Source: Mobula hypostoma
Taxonomy: Eukaryota
Direction of reading: 5' to 3'
Length of the DNA stretch: 64,000 bases
Assembly: GCF_963921235.1 (NCBI RefSeq)
Contig: NC_086115.1
Coordinates: 35,278,001-35,342,000 of the forward strand
The notes under the pieces are model-generated. The model saw only the letters and a program-made list of their open reading frames with translations, searched no databases and was not told where the DNA came from. The position numbers and the translations under genes were made by a program. Numbering within the stretch: position 1 is the first letter of the stretch; each line of letters starts with the position of its first letter. Shown here one piece after another: positions 24,320-37,946 of this stretch.

Positions 24320-26350
24320 GGTAAATGACTGTGTGGCTAAGCACAGCTCCAATGCCATATTCAAGTTTGCTGATGACACTACTGTCGCAGGCTGAATAAA
24401 AGGTGGTGATGAATCAGCATACAGGAGGGAGATTGAAAATCTGGCTGAGTGGTGCCACAACCACAACCCCTTACACAATGTCAGCGAGGAGCTGATTATT
24501 GGCCAGGAGGAAGACAGATGTCCATGAGCCAGTTCTCATAAGAGGATCAGAAGGTCGGTAACTTTAAATTCCCCAGTTTTATCACTTCAGAGGACCTGTC
24601 CTGGGCCCAGCACGTAAGTACATTTACAAAGAAAGCATGGTAGTACCTTGGGAGTCTGCAGAGATTTGGCATGACATCTAAAACTTTGACGAACTTTGTA
24701 AATGTACGGTGGAGAGTTAATGACTGGCTGCATTACACCCTGGTATGGAAACACCAATGCCCTAGAATGGAAAATCCTGCAAAAAGTACTGGATACGGCC
24801 CAGTCCATCATGGGTAAAACCCTGTCCTCCATTGAGCACATCTACATGAAAGGTGGTTGTTCCCTCCCCCACCCCAGGAGATGGTCTCTTCTCACCGCTG
24901 CTATAAAGGAAGAGGGAACAGACGATTCAGGACTCATACCACCAGGTTCATCCGCAGTACCACCGATGCGGCAGAGAGGGCCTCAAGATGGCTGTGGCTC
25001 AAAAGAGGGGAGCCATGGAGTCGTATGTAGCTAGCTATATGGACACAAGCTGGGGTCTGATCAGCCCCGGCTGGGTCACCTGGAGGAGGGTGTATGATGT
25101 TGAAAGACCCAAAACACCCGATGATTCCAGGAACATCACTGAAGATGTGTCCAGAGGCATCAGTAGATGTATGTACACTGGAACAGTTATTACTCCTCAA
25201 CCAAAGGGGGTAACTTCACTTGCCCCATCATGAAATGTTTCCATAACCTATGCAGACATCCCATCTCTCCCAGAAGTTCCGGGAGTCTCCCACATATTGA
25301 TAGCGGCTCCCTGATACCCGCAAATTATATACAATATCCTGGAAATTGACTTTTTTGAGAGCGAGCGAGAGGGAGAGAGTGAGAGAGAGAGAGCGAGCGA
25401 GTGACAGACATAGCGAGTGACAGAGGGAGCATCCTGATTGGTCTCTCTTTGCGCTAAGTAGACCTATCAGTTTTATCTGTGGGCGGGCTTTACAGTCGAC
25501 CTCTCTCTCTCTCTCTTTCATTGTCCATCAGTTCAGTTTAGTGTCCTGCAGCACCATGGCAGAGTGTTGCAAAAAAAGAAAATATTTAACGTACGTCACC
25601 CCAGACTACACTAAAGTGTACCCTTGCCTAATAGGGGTCAAAAATAATGACAGTGTTGCTCGCTGCGCTCTTTGCAACAGTGACTTTTCTATTGCCCATG
25701 GTGGGTTAAATGACTGTAAAAGACATGTTGAGGTGAGGCCTGGATTATGTCTCAACTAACCTTGAAGGACTGGTGTCAAACTACAAATGTTTGCCGGTTG
25801 ATGAGTTCTGGGGGAAGCTGTCCAAAGTAAAATCTGTGAGCACAGGGCAGTTGAGATTCAAAGATCTCTGCCAGTTGATGAAGCTGCTTTTGGTGCTGCC
25901 AAATTCTAATTGTGATGTAGAAAGGCCATTCAGCATGGTGCATCACATTAAGACAGAATTCAGAAGTCAGCTGTCTCAGAAAACACTTGTGAATCTGATG
26001 CCTTGCAAAATTAACAAATTCATTGACAGAGACTGCTATGAGGTTGAGACTTCCCTGAAATTAGGTTGAGACCTCCCTGAAATGAGTTTTTGCAGTGGGA
26101 TGTCTGCCAATGGACTCACTTTCAAGGACTCTTATCTTATGTTATTAATATTTCTTGCTTATTTATTATCATTTCTTTATTTTTGTAGTTGCAATCTTTT
26201 GCACACTGGTTGATTGCCCAGTTGCTGGAGTCTTCCATTGATTCTATTATGGTTTTTATTCTATTATAGATTTATTATGCCCACAAGAAAATGAATCTTA
26301 GGGTTGTATATGGTGACATATATGTACTTTGATAATAAATTTACTTTTAA
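24320..26350 (+). mobile_element. Rex1/Babar-type element hosting an inverted fragment (~24965-25170) and the hAT insertion
   Basis: FKFADDTTVAGLI-like RT motif at 24360; TGCITPWYG; 3'UTR resumes after 26107. Confidence 0.8.
25253..26106 (+). mobile_element. Internally deleted hAT-superfamily DNA transposon (BED finger + C-terminal dimerisation domain remnants)
   Basis: TIR CAGACATCCCA / TGGGATGTCTG; CALCNSDFSIAHGGLNDCKRH; EFWGKL..LLVLPNSNCDVERPFSMV; flanks CCTATG / CCAATG. Confidence 0.88.
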
Positions 26351-26999
26351 CTTTTTTCTTCATTATTGAATGAATTCTAGGTGACCAGGTGATGATGCAT
26401 GACGCAGTAAAGAGTTTCAGATAATCGATGACGTCACCGGCGGTGGAATTTGAAATTGTGACATCACACATTTTTAAGGACACCAAAACAATGATGTCAT
26501 GTGTTCTGCGGGTTGCTACGGCGATTATGTCACGCCGGACCGTGCCGTTGCTATGCCGGTGATCTTATGTTAGTGCTCAGTTCCCCAACGCCCCAAACAC
26601 AAGTAGCGCCGGGCCCGCAGGTACGGTACGGTTACCGGCGGCACTCAGTCGCCGCCACCACTTGCGGCCTCGGCGCCGGCGATCGCACTAACACCCGCCT
26701 TTCCCGTTTAGTTCGCCCCAACAGGACCGAGGCGGGCCACCCCTCCGCCCCCCCCCCGGGGCAGCGTCTCGCCGCTAACTTTGTCACCGGACGTGGCGGG
26801 ACCGGTTTATCGCGGGGGCTAAGAGGGGAGGGGAGTTTCACGGGGCAGAGGTCAGCGGCAAGAGGGCCGGGCGCGGCCCACAGGAACGGCGCGGCCGAGC
26901 ACGGGGGCCGCCGCGGCGGGGGTACGACCAGGGAGTAGATTCAAAGCGGGCGCCCTAGTTTGGGTCCAATCAGCGCGGCGTGGTGTGGAGTGCCCGGGC

Positions 27000-27272
27000 G
27001 ATGCGTAAACAAGCGCAGAACTAACTCCTCCGCCCTCGGAGTATTTCCGTGTTTTCACTACTGCTCATTACAGTGTATCAAGTGCTTACTGCCATTCACC
27101 CACAAGACAAACTTGGCCCCTTCAGCTTCTCCTCTCCCCCCTCCCCCTTCTCTGGCTTATTTATTTTTGTTGTTGAGGCATCATCCGACTGGGCTTCACT
27201 CCACAACAACATTTTTTTTACTCTAGTCCTCTTGTAATCACTATGGCCTCTTGAGAGAGAGAAAAAAATAAG
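27000..27272 (+). other. PCGF5: Candidate non-coding first exon of PCGF5 (start approximate)
   Basis: Downstream of the CCAAT box; strong donor AAG|GTAAGG at 27272/27273. Confidence 0.5.
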
Positions 27273-27772
27273 GTAAGGAACGCATTCGCCAGAAGGAAGA
27301 AATCATAACTCAGGAGTTTTTGTTTATTGGGAGGGGTAGTAAAGGGAAAGGGCTAGATGTGTGTCTTACTGAGCCGAGCCGAGCCGTGCCGGGTCTTATC
27401 TCCAGCACCGTAAAGTTTGTGTAGGATGCGATCATGTGTCAGGATCAAGTTGCCAAGGCAGACGCCGAGCGACCTTGCCGTTAGTGGTAGTACAGCAGCC
27501 TTGAAGTTAAGGTGCCCGGCAGCTGAGAAATAAATAATGCGCCACAAAACTGTGTTGGAAACTTCTAGCGCTTTTTTTTATTTATATCTAGAGCGGGGCG
27601 GGTGGTGGTGGGGGGGGGGGAGAGAAGAGAGGCAGAGGCGAGCAGGGCTGAGACGCGGCTCCGTGCCTCTCCCTTCCTCCCCGCCGGATCCGATCGGATT
27701 GTTAAAACGACTTACACAATTTAATTGTGGCTCCGGGTCCGAACGGACCTGTTTCTCCCCCCTCTCTTGCAG

Positions 27773-27857
27773 ACTGACGCAAATAGTGACGCTGGTGGCT
27801 TCCTGATGAGAGGCAGACACGACATATAGCGCGCTTGGTACCGCTCGGTGGTACAGT
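27773..27857 (+). other. PCGF5: Candidate 85-nt 5'UTR exon of PCGF5
   Basis: Acceptor tttctcccccctctcttgcag| and donor agt|GTAAGC. Confidence 0.55.
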
Positions 27858-29345
27858 GTAAGCGGGCTTTCGCTTTCCCCTTGCCTCTCGCCAGCAGCTA
27901 CATCATGCTGCGTAGTTTTTTTTTAATTTCCCAGGGAGGGATTGCTTCAAGCAATCGGCATCTCTCCAGTGCGAGAGATACAAGTGGTGAGATGAGTTTA
28001 TGTTTGTGGATAAACAGTACTCTCGTACACCCCAAGGATAATATTTATTGCGTAGCATGTCAGCTGATATACATGGACAGCATTGCCGGGACCGTGTAGT
28101 GAAATTGGAACGGCTTCTTATAAGTGCAGTGCGCACTAGGTCCACGCACACACCTGCGCACACAATCCGACAGCACACAGCGAGTGAAACTGACAGGGCT
28201 CCACGTGTTCGGCTCGCACAGTGTACCCATTTATTTGCTGTTCGGCAAAGAAGGCAAGGGTCTTTGAAAAATTAAGGATGCCTGATTGGTGGCCAGTAAT
28301 GCGATACGGCCTACTTTTACACACAGCTGCATCTTAACACCCGTCGCTGCGTGAGGATGCACAAGTAGCATTCAATGTGCGGCGTCTGGAAGTTGTGGGG
28401 CAGTAACGGGTAAAAGGCGTTTTGTAATGGCATATGGATTAATAGCAAAGTTTCAAATCGCAAAGTCATTGATAAAACCATATATACTATCCCGTCAGAA
28501 TTTTGCAAGTCCAGATAAATAGTTAGAATACTCACCCAAGCTTCCAATTATTATTAAGCTGAATGGCTATATTTCTGAATCATAGGTTATATTAGTAAAA
28601 TACTTGGTTCTTAATAGACAGGCTCTGATTTAAAGAATAGTTACAAATTTATTTTTGAAGTTTTTTTGTGAAAGATCTCTGAAACTAATAAGCAATCTGA
28701 AGATTCCCCCATGTAACCGATTTAATTTGCAGTATGATGTCCTTGCTTTTGATATGAGTTAAGACTGGAAATTCCCCATTGAGATGACAAACTCCTTTTA
28801 CTTGTTTTTCAGTATTTTATTGTACTTTATATCTGTAAGCTATTTATAGATGGTATTTTATTCTACAACAATTCTTCATATTGAAAAGAATGCTTCCAAA
28901 ATAAATACCATTTATTGTAATAAAAACGTTTTTTGAAGTGGTCACTAGCCCTGCATGACAATAACTTTGGAGCAATTTTTCTACTTGGGTATCAATTCTA
29001 TTGGTTCTAATATCAAAGCTTAAAAATGCCTAATGCCAAAAAGATTTGTCATTACTCCTAAATAAAACAATTAGTTATTACTTTAAGATTACAACTTGGG
29101 AGTATCATGACAATGTAATATATAACATGTTAATTTACAGTTGAATGTTAAATTGCATCAGAAAGAAGTAAAACTTCAAAGAGCAATTCTGAATGAGTGA
29201 AGTAGTTTTAGAGTAACTGATAGCCTACCACTGCATTGTATTTCAATATGATTTGACGTTCAGTTAACATCTTTATCTTGTAACGCTGTAGGTTTGGGAC
29301 ACTTTATACAACACAGAAGAGAAAAAGCATAACCTTGATCCCTGA

Positions 29346-29642
<297 letters not shown>

Positions 29643-31044
29643 TAAAGCTGCAAGAATCGTCCTATATGTTTCTGAATTGTAGCCCAGGAATATTAGATCA
29701 GATTTGTGTGTATTCAACGTCAATAAATGCGCTTAACAAAATATGAAACAATCACATTGAAAATGATGTTTACTGGAAAGCTGAGTACAAGCACGAAGAA
29801 AATACTTAAAGCACAGTTGTGGTGGTAAAAGATTTTTTTTTACAATAATAGACAACTCTTAATGTAATTAAAATCGTTTCTGCTTTCTGATAAGAAGAAT
29901 GACCTTTGAAATGGAATGGTTAGGCTTCCATCATGGCTGTTCAGTTAATTATCTTCCACTGTATCGTACTAAATAATCTTGCTTATAGAGAAGCCAATCA
30001 GTTGTTTGTTGGCAGCTAGAAGTACTCATCCTTCCTCAAACTCTTATCCAATGAGCACTTGTGCCCTTTACAACTTGTGCTGGTAATCTAAGACCACCAG
30101 GTTACCAAGCACATTAGTTGCCACTTGGCCGTTAACTCCCTTAATCAATAACTTATCATCTCAGAGTCTGCTGTGCATTCACTACCCTAACATCTCTTGC
30201 ACTTTTGCTCTGTCCTCTTTTTCATTCCACAGTTTAGTCCTAGCCTGTTCCACATTATATCCCAGTTTGCCAAAGTTCTGGACTTAAAGGTTTTCCCTAG
30301 ATAATCTGCTAATTATTCCTTTGTATACATTGTAGCACTCCTTCTTTCCTCCACTTCTTGAACATAAAGTAAGTACCACAGACTAGTTAACCTAACATCA
30401 GTCTTTGGGGAAGATACTGGAGTCTCTTGTTATGGAAGTTTGAATAAAGCATAATGTGATTAGACATGGTCATGGTTTTGTTTAAGAAAATTCATATTTA
30501 AGAGTTACTATAAATCTTTGAGGAACTAGTAGGGTAGAGGAAAGGTATCCCGTGGACCTAATGTACTTTAGATTTATATGCGAGTTCTTAAAGATTACAT
30601 AGGCTTGAGTCGACGTAGTAGTAGAAAAAGTGAGACAATGATAACTGCATCAATAGACAGTTCGATTGACAATCAGAAAACAAAGGATAAACTGGTAATT
30701 TTAAGGTTGGCAAGCTATCACTAGGTGAACCAGTGTGGAACTTCAATTGCTTTCAGTCTGTAATTAGATAATTAGACAAAGTGTAATTTATTGATTTGGA
30801 TGATGATATAAAGTTTGATGGAGAAAATAAGTTGAGAGAACTACAACTCAAAAGGCATAGAGGCTAATTAATACTTGTGTGCACAAGACTTGTAACCTAC
30901 CACATTTACAAGATAAAGTTGTTAATGACATGTTAGATCGTATTTAAAAAGTGCAGTGAACAACGAGATGGCTGATAGCATTTTCTTGAAAGAACTGTTG
31001 TGATGGGGCACTTACTAGGATAATTAGAAAACGATACTATCTAA

Positions 31045-31650
31045 AACCGTAAGACATAGAAGCAGAATTGGGCCATTTGACCCATTGAGTCTACTCTGCC
31101 ATTCAATCATGGCTGATCCTTTTCTCCCCTCCTCAGCCCCACGCCCCACCCTTCTCCCCGTAACCTTTAATGCTGTGTCTAATAAAGAACCTATCAAGCT
31201 GTGCCTTAAATACCCCCAACAACCTGGCCTCCACACTGCCTGTGGTAATAAATTCCACAAGTTCATCACCCTCTGGCTAAAGAAACTTCTCCACATCTCT
31301 GTTTTAAATGGACGCCCCTCTATCCTGAAGCTGTGCCCTCTTGTCCCAGACATCCCCATCATGGGAAACATCCTTTCCACATCTACTCTGTCTAGGCCTT
31401 TCAACATTTGCCGAGTTTCAATGAGAACCGCCCTCATTCTGGTGAGTACAAACCCATATGAAACATTCCTCATATGATAACTCTTTCATTCCCGGAATCA
31501 TCCTTGTGAACCTCCTCTGAACCATCTCCAATTTCAGCACATTTTTTCTCAGATGAGGAGCTCTAAACTGTTCACAATACTCAAGATGCGGCCTCACCAG
31601 TGCCTTTATAAAGCCTTAGCATCACATTCCTGCTCTTGTATTCTTGTATT
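31045..31650 (-). mobile_element. CR1 3' end inserted in an older plus-strand CR1 remnant (~30430-31830)
   Basis: LIETRQMLKGLDRVDVERMFP..GHSFRIEGRPF..FFSQRVMNLWNLLP. Confidence 0.88.
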
Positions 31651-33535
31651 TAAATTGAGTAAGACCATAAATGTTAGTATTGAGTGGTGTTATTTTTTAA
31701 AAAAGGAAAGGTAACAAGTGAAGGCCAATGGATGTTGGTCTTTATTACACGTGGGATGGAATACCAGAGTTGGGAAGTCTCCCTTAATTATGCAGAGCTT
31801 TGGTCCCATTTTAGGAAGGACATATTTGCAGTGAACCGTGACATTTTACTTGAATATTTTGCCTGTTATTGGCTCCTATCAGTCTTTATTAGTTTCTTGA
31901 ACTTCCTCCACTCTCTTGTAGTCTTTAATAACATGTTAATTGCACTCACCTCAGCCTAAACATATATTTCTAGTTCAACTTCATATGGTGGAAATGAGCA
32001 GAATGGACCGACATTCTACAATGAGAAAAATGGGAGGAATCTGCTTAAGAACACAAGAAATAAAAGAAAGAATAGACTAATAGATTGCTTGTGTCTGTTC
32101 TATCTTTTATGGCTGATCATCTATCTCAATATCATTTTTCTGTTATAACCTCACATTCTTTGATTTCCTCTTAAATAGGATTCTGAGGGGACTTGATAGG
32201 CCAAATTTGATGAGAATGACAGGACAATGGAGAAAAATAATTGAAAATTTAAGGCAGATTAATTTTGTGTTGACAACAGGGAGCCTAGAGTTATAGGAAA
32301 TAGGCAAGAAAGTGGAGTTGAAGGCTAAATTAGATCTATGATGATCTTATTGAAAGGGCAGTAGGACCTGTATACTCATTTTTGTTATAACTTATACTAA
32401 CAATCACTAACACATACTGTATGTGGACCACTAGGATTCTCTATTTGCTATGAACTTTGGTTAGTGCAAGTGTCAACCTTCTGCAAGTCTCCTCATCTTC
32501 ATTGCTTGTTCACCGGTGACTTGATCCCATATGTGCATGGTTGTCTTTTTCTTGTTGACAAGGCTTTCAAGTAGTTGTTATCCTGCAGCAACTTAAAGGT
32601 AAATCTGTTGACACTCGTGGAGGGTAGCATTTGCCTTCCACTTCTTGCCTGTTTTGATCTTGGCAGTAGTACAAGACTCCTCTTGACCTCTGGTGTCTTT
32701 TCATCTGAATTGTTTCTATTCTGCTACCTTTCTGTTAAAATTCCCATTATCTACAGCACTTCTTAAGTTAACTTATCTCTTCCTGTTCTCATCAAAGTCT
32801 CAGTTTCTCCTCTGCTGAGTAATATTTATTTTTATTTGTCTGCAGTTCTGCAGTTGTCCAATCTTATTCAAATCAATGCCAATCCAATTAACCTTACCAG
32901 TTTTGTGGTGTTAATAATTAATGCAATTGTCTTTTAAGCTTTCTTTCCCTCCATTATCATCCATGGCATTTAACCAGTTTCAAATCCTCTGTCTGTAAGG
33001 AAAAATTAAGCTTGGATCCCTCATCAACTTTTTCTCAAACTCATTGAGTCACTTTCCTCCCCACCCACCTACCTAACTGCTCATGGAGATGTGCTCATAA
33101 TGTTTCCATTGCTTTGCTGTCTCCAAACTTATCCCTTTTGTCAGATTCACTTTGCAAAAACCCAAGTCAACTCTTGCTGCTGTAATTGCCTGTCTTCACA
33201 CACACCAGTGTTGGAAGCAACTTCACTTTCTTGGATACTCTACCCATTTTTTTCAAAGCTATACTAAGAGCATCCTCAAAAAGTGTACTGGGTCAAACTC
33301 TTCCGTTTGATTTTATATTTGTTGAAAGGTCTTTAAATGCCCTGCCTCTTCAAACTGCCACCATGCTGCTTGCCCGCCACCCCCTCCCCACCACCAGCAC
33401 CACACAGGACAATCATCCGATGTATTACAAGGCACTGCCTTAGTAAATGCACAATGATTATCAATGTTTTCTTTTTTGTCTACAGATACATTACATTAAT
33501 TTTTTTTAAATGTTGATTAAGCTACTTGCTGCATT

Positions 33536-34168
33536 CCATATAACCATATAACAATTACAGCATGGAAACAGGCTGTCTCGGCCCTTCTAGTCCGTGCTGA
33601 ACGCTTACTCTCACCTAGTCCCACCAACCTGCACTCTCCCCATGATCCTCCGTTCCTTTCTTGTCCATTTAGCTATCCAATTTTACTTTAAGTGACAACA
33701 TCGAACCTGCCTCTACCACTTCTGCTGGAAGCTCGTTCCACACAGCTACCACTCTCTGAGTAAAGAAGTTCCCCCTCATGTTACCCCTAAACTTTTGCCC
33801 ACTAACTCTCAACTCATGTCTTCTCGTTTGAATCTCCCCTACTCTCAATGGAAAAAGCCTATCCACGTCAACTCTATCTATCCCTCTCATAATTTTAAAT
33901 ACCTCTATCAAGTCCCCCCTCAACCTTCTACGCTCCAAAGAATAAAGACCCAACTTGTTCAACCTTTCTCTGTAACTTAGGTGCTGAAACCCAGGTAACA
34001 TTGTAGTAAATCTTCTCTGTACTCTCTCAATTTTGTTGACATCTTTTCTATAATTCAGTGACCAGAACTGTACACAATACTCCAAATTTGGCCTTATCAA
34101 TTCCTTGTACAATTTTAACATTACATCCCAACTCCTATACTCAATGCTCTGATTTATAAAGGCCATTC
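33536..34168 (-). mobile_element. Young 5'-truncated CR1 3' end
   Basis: Uninterrupted 165-aa ORF (RPNLEYCVQFWS..RRRLRGDLIEVFK..FFTQRVVAVWNELP); (CCATATAA)n tail; same subfamily as 55180-55806. Confidence 0.93.
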
Positions 34169-34569
34169 ATTGTAGATTATCGTGGTATTCTCCCTCTATC
34201 CATTTGATTTTGCTTTATTTCTCTTAACCAAACCAAGGCAATTTGTTATCACCAGATTTCTTAGAGGTGTACCCTCATCCATATGTCCTTCTGATGTCAG
34301 GTCAACTTCTCGATTTGTGATATTACAAGTTTCAACTCTTCTGCACTTTTCTTGTACTTTCTGTACTCTTTGATCTGTCACAAGATGCTCAGAATTTCTA
34401 TCGGCTGTGTTTTGAGAGAGCCAGTCATTTTTTTTTCTCTCACCTTACTAGAAACTGTTCACTTGGTACTGGTGGCAACATCTTTTGCAGCTGAAGTAGA
34501 CTATGCCTGCCGTCAGTGTTCTGTATAAGCCATAATAAGACTTCATGAAACAAATCATTTCTATTATAA

Positions 34570-34740
34570 ACGCAAACACGAGGAAATCTTCAGATGCTGG
34601 AATTTCAAGCAACACACATAAAAGTTGCTGGTAAAAGAAGCAGGCCAGGCAGCATCTCTAGGAAGAGGTACGTCGACTGTACCTCTTCCTGGAGATGCTG
34701 CCTGGCCTGCTGCGTTCACCAGCAACTTGTATGTGTGTTG
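34570..34740. mobile_element. Fold-back Penelope-terminus element lacking hammerhead cores, axis at GTCGAC
   Basis: Arms meet at GTCGAC 34672-34677; 14-bp TSD CATTTCTATTATAA at 34556-34569 and 34741-34754. Confidence 0.9.
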
Positions 34741-36692
34741 CATTTCTATTATAATATGTTATGGATTCAAACTTCATGACACTGTCCATTTACTTCAATT
34801 GCATTAAAATCAACATCTCTAAAGTAGGTAACTTTTGCAAGCTTTCCTTTATAACCCTTGATTTAGGTTTGTATCACTTGTATTTTGCTTAACACTTGAT
34901 CCTGATCGGCTGTCATTTTGTTTTTTTCTGACCTATGCCCTTTCCCTGCAAATTATCTAATGCTTAAAATTCTCATTTCACGCCCTCAACTCTGTAATCT
35001 ACCTCTGGCATATATTCATTTCTCTTTCATGATTGTCATCTGTGGATCCCCATCTTGTCTCCATTCCATTAATGGCAGTTTCTTCATGTTTTGGCTCTAA
35101 TTTCAGGATCTGTTTCCCTAGACTTTTCTCCACTGTGGCTTTCAAGACCTTCATAAGTCTGAGTTCTGTAAGTGCCAGTTATCACTCTTTCAGTCCATCC
35201 CGAAACCTGGCTACAGAAATGCAAATTATGGGGATATACAGTATGTGGATAGTGTTAAATTTAATGTTATACATTCTTACTACCTCATTTGATGCTCGCA
35301 TGAGATATAATGTATTAAACATGTTGCACAAGGACCACTCACTTTTTCTTGTTCAGAACAAAACTCTTCTCTTCCCTATTTTATGGAGTCATGAGTTATG
35401 TTAACCGTTATCTACAGATGTTTCTCACCTACTGTATATGTATATTTTTGGCTTATTTCATTATTACTCTACACTCAAGATCAGCGTCCTGTAGGGACAT
35501 CATTTTCTACATCCTTTCTATCACCTTCCTATTCTTGCCATATTTATTAAATGTGCCTGAATTTTTACCTCACACATTTTAATAAACAGCGTTTCAAAAT
35601 TCTTATACACAAAAGTAAATCCATTGTGTAGAGTGGTTTCAGATTTATCATTTTTAATTTTTCATGCTTGAATTGTAGTAGGATTGAGAATTATGTCTGG
35701 GGTTTTTAGATTTTCAAAGTTAACCTTTATTGATGGATGTGGTTATCTGAAGTATAGCCCAGTGGTCAATTGGATTAACGGATATGATGTGCATATTTAG
35801 TTATGATTGCCTATATAGTAATGATCAAGCAGTGTTCTGATGTTTAGTTGCTTTCTGAGCCTGTCCCTTTAGGATGGGTGCCAAACACGTGTGTAGCCAG
35901 TTTCTGTTACCATTGAATGATTTTTTTAAAAAATCTGCTGCTTAATCCTTACTCCCCAATTTACCCCTCTTTGGGAAGTTACAAGGTTACTAAAGCCAGA
36001 AAAAAAAAGCAGTAGAGAATTATTTTCTTTCTTTTCTGCTTTGTGGACTGTTGGAGTAGCAAATTCTTCTTATTCTGCATTATCATTGAAAATTTTACAA
36101 TTAAAGTGTGACATTAAAATCCACAGACACCTGTTTGTACACAAAAGGGAGGGAATAATGGCGTAGTGATAATGGAATTACACATGGCTTTTGAAAAACG
36201 GTGTATAGTAAGGATTCTTTCGGTAAAAATATCAGGAATGTTAAAGCATGCAGAAGAAATTGACAGAAGTTGTTTGGGCTGCTCTTTTGGGTGGGAATCA
36301 TGTAATCAATAATGCCCCCTAGGACCCTGACCTTATGTTAATAGTCACAATAGTAAAATAAGCTAAACATTTAAATTTTGGCATTGGGCCTCCTGGACTT
36401 GCTTCACCATTCCCAAAATATGATGGTTTATCTTCTACCACGAGTACCATTTCCATGGTGTATTTTCATCTTCCTTGACTGCTTTATACCCAGAGATCTA
36501 ATGATTTCGTTTTGAACACAGTCAATGATTGAACTTCCTCAGCCATCCCAGAGTAGAGAAATGTTACTTCCAGTGAAGAAATTTCTTATTTTAGTGCTGA
36601 ATAGCTGATGCCTTATTTTGAGACTGTGAGCTTTAGTTTTGATTTCCCTTATCTACCCTGTTGGGCTGTCTAAGAATATTGTTGATTAGGTT

Positions 36693-37925
36693 ATTGAATT
36701 AAATTAACTTTATTGTTACATCCTTCACATACATGAGGAATAAAAATCCTTACGTTATGTCTCTGTCTGAATATGCAATGTGCAATTTATAGTCTGTCTG
36801 TCTGTCTAGGTACCATATCCGATGCGGGCTTTGGTGACCATGGTTTTCCATATAGATCTATCCTTTGTTTTTTGGATGACTTCCATTTCTTTGATGTGTA
36901 GCCACTTGGCTATGCTTTTGATGTACATAAGCCGAGGTCTTCCTCTGGGTTTGCTCCCCTCAATCTTTCCAGAGAGTATGAGTTCATCTTTCCGCATGAT
37001 GTGTCCTAGGAATCTGAGTTGTCTTTCTCTTATTGTTGGTATGAGTGATCGAACTGCTTGGGCTCTTCTAAGAACTTCTTCATTTGATATGTGTGTGGTC
37101 CATGATATTTTTAACATTCTCCTGTAGAACCATAATTCAGCTGCTTCTAGTCTCTTTTCCATTGCTGGAGAAATGGTCCAGCATTCACTTCCATATTCAG
37201 GATAGAATAAATGTAGCACTGCAGTATTCTGTTTTTAGTGTACATGCTCATCTTTCTGTCTGTTAATATGTTCTTCATTTTTTGAAAAACTTCTTTTGCC
37301 ATTGCTATTCTGTATTTGATATCTGTGTCGCACCTGCCATTACTTGTTATTAGGCCGCCAAGATATTTGAATGTGTTGACTTGTTTGATGTTTGTATTTC
37401 CGATCTTGATCACACATTGAGGGATGTTTGTCTTTCTGGAGATGACCATGCTTTATATGTTCATAGTATATGTTTATAAATTTATAGTAATTTATAATAA
37501 ATAGTAAGTACGATAAGATATACAACCAGAACAGTCAATATAACTTAGAAATACAATTGTGTCAATGTGAATTAATCAGTCTGATGGCCTGGTGGAAGAA
37601 GCTGTCCCGGAGCCTTTTGGTCCTGGCTTTAATGCTGTGACACTGTTTCCTGGATGGTAGCAGCTGAAACAGTTTGTGGTTGGGGTGACTCGGGTCTCCA
37701 ATGATCCTTTGGCCCCCTTCATATGCACCTGTCACTGTAAATGTCCTGAATAGTGTGAAGTTCACATCCACAGATTTGCTGGGCTGTCCGCACCACTCTC
37801 TGCAGAGTCCTGTTATTGAGGGAAGTACAGTTCCCATACCAGGCAGTGATGCAGCCGGTCAGGATGCTCTCAATTGTGTCCCTTAGGATTTGGGAATTAA
37901 TGCCAAATTCTTCAACTGTCTGGTG
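36693..37925 (-). mobile_element. Rex1/Babar-type 3' end, interrupted by an RTE
   Basis: IESILTGCITAWYG; IIGDPSHPNHKLFQLLPS; (ATTGA)n-type tail. Confidence 0.85.
36794..37478 (-). mobile_element. 5'-truncated RTE-clade LINE
   Basis: FKYLGGLIT..IKYRIAMAK; YGSECWT..LEAAELWFYRRML..GKIEGSKPRGRPR; (CAGA)n tail; 10-bp TSD AATTTATAGT 36784-36793 / 37479-37488. Confidence 0.9.
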
Positions 37926-37946
37926 GTTACCTCTCATTCTTCTAAA

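Larger units (their letters stand above)
26390..28400. promoter_or_regulatory. CpG island / promoter of PCGF5
   Basis: Sharp rise in GC and CpG density in an otherwise CpG-depleted window; CRE TGACGTCA 26429-26436; CCAAT 26966-26970; CCGCCC boxes; 1-3 kb upstream of the first coding exon. Confidence 0.85.

Noticed and set aside
26501-26938. 145-aa ORF in the CpG island
   Set aside because: GTG start, low-complexity G/A/R/P composition expected from GC-rich DNA, no recognisable domain
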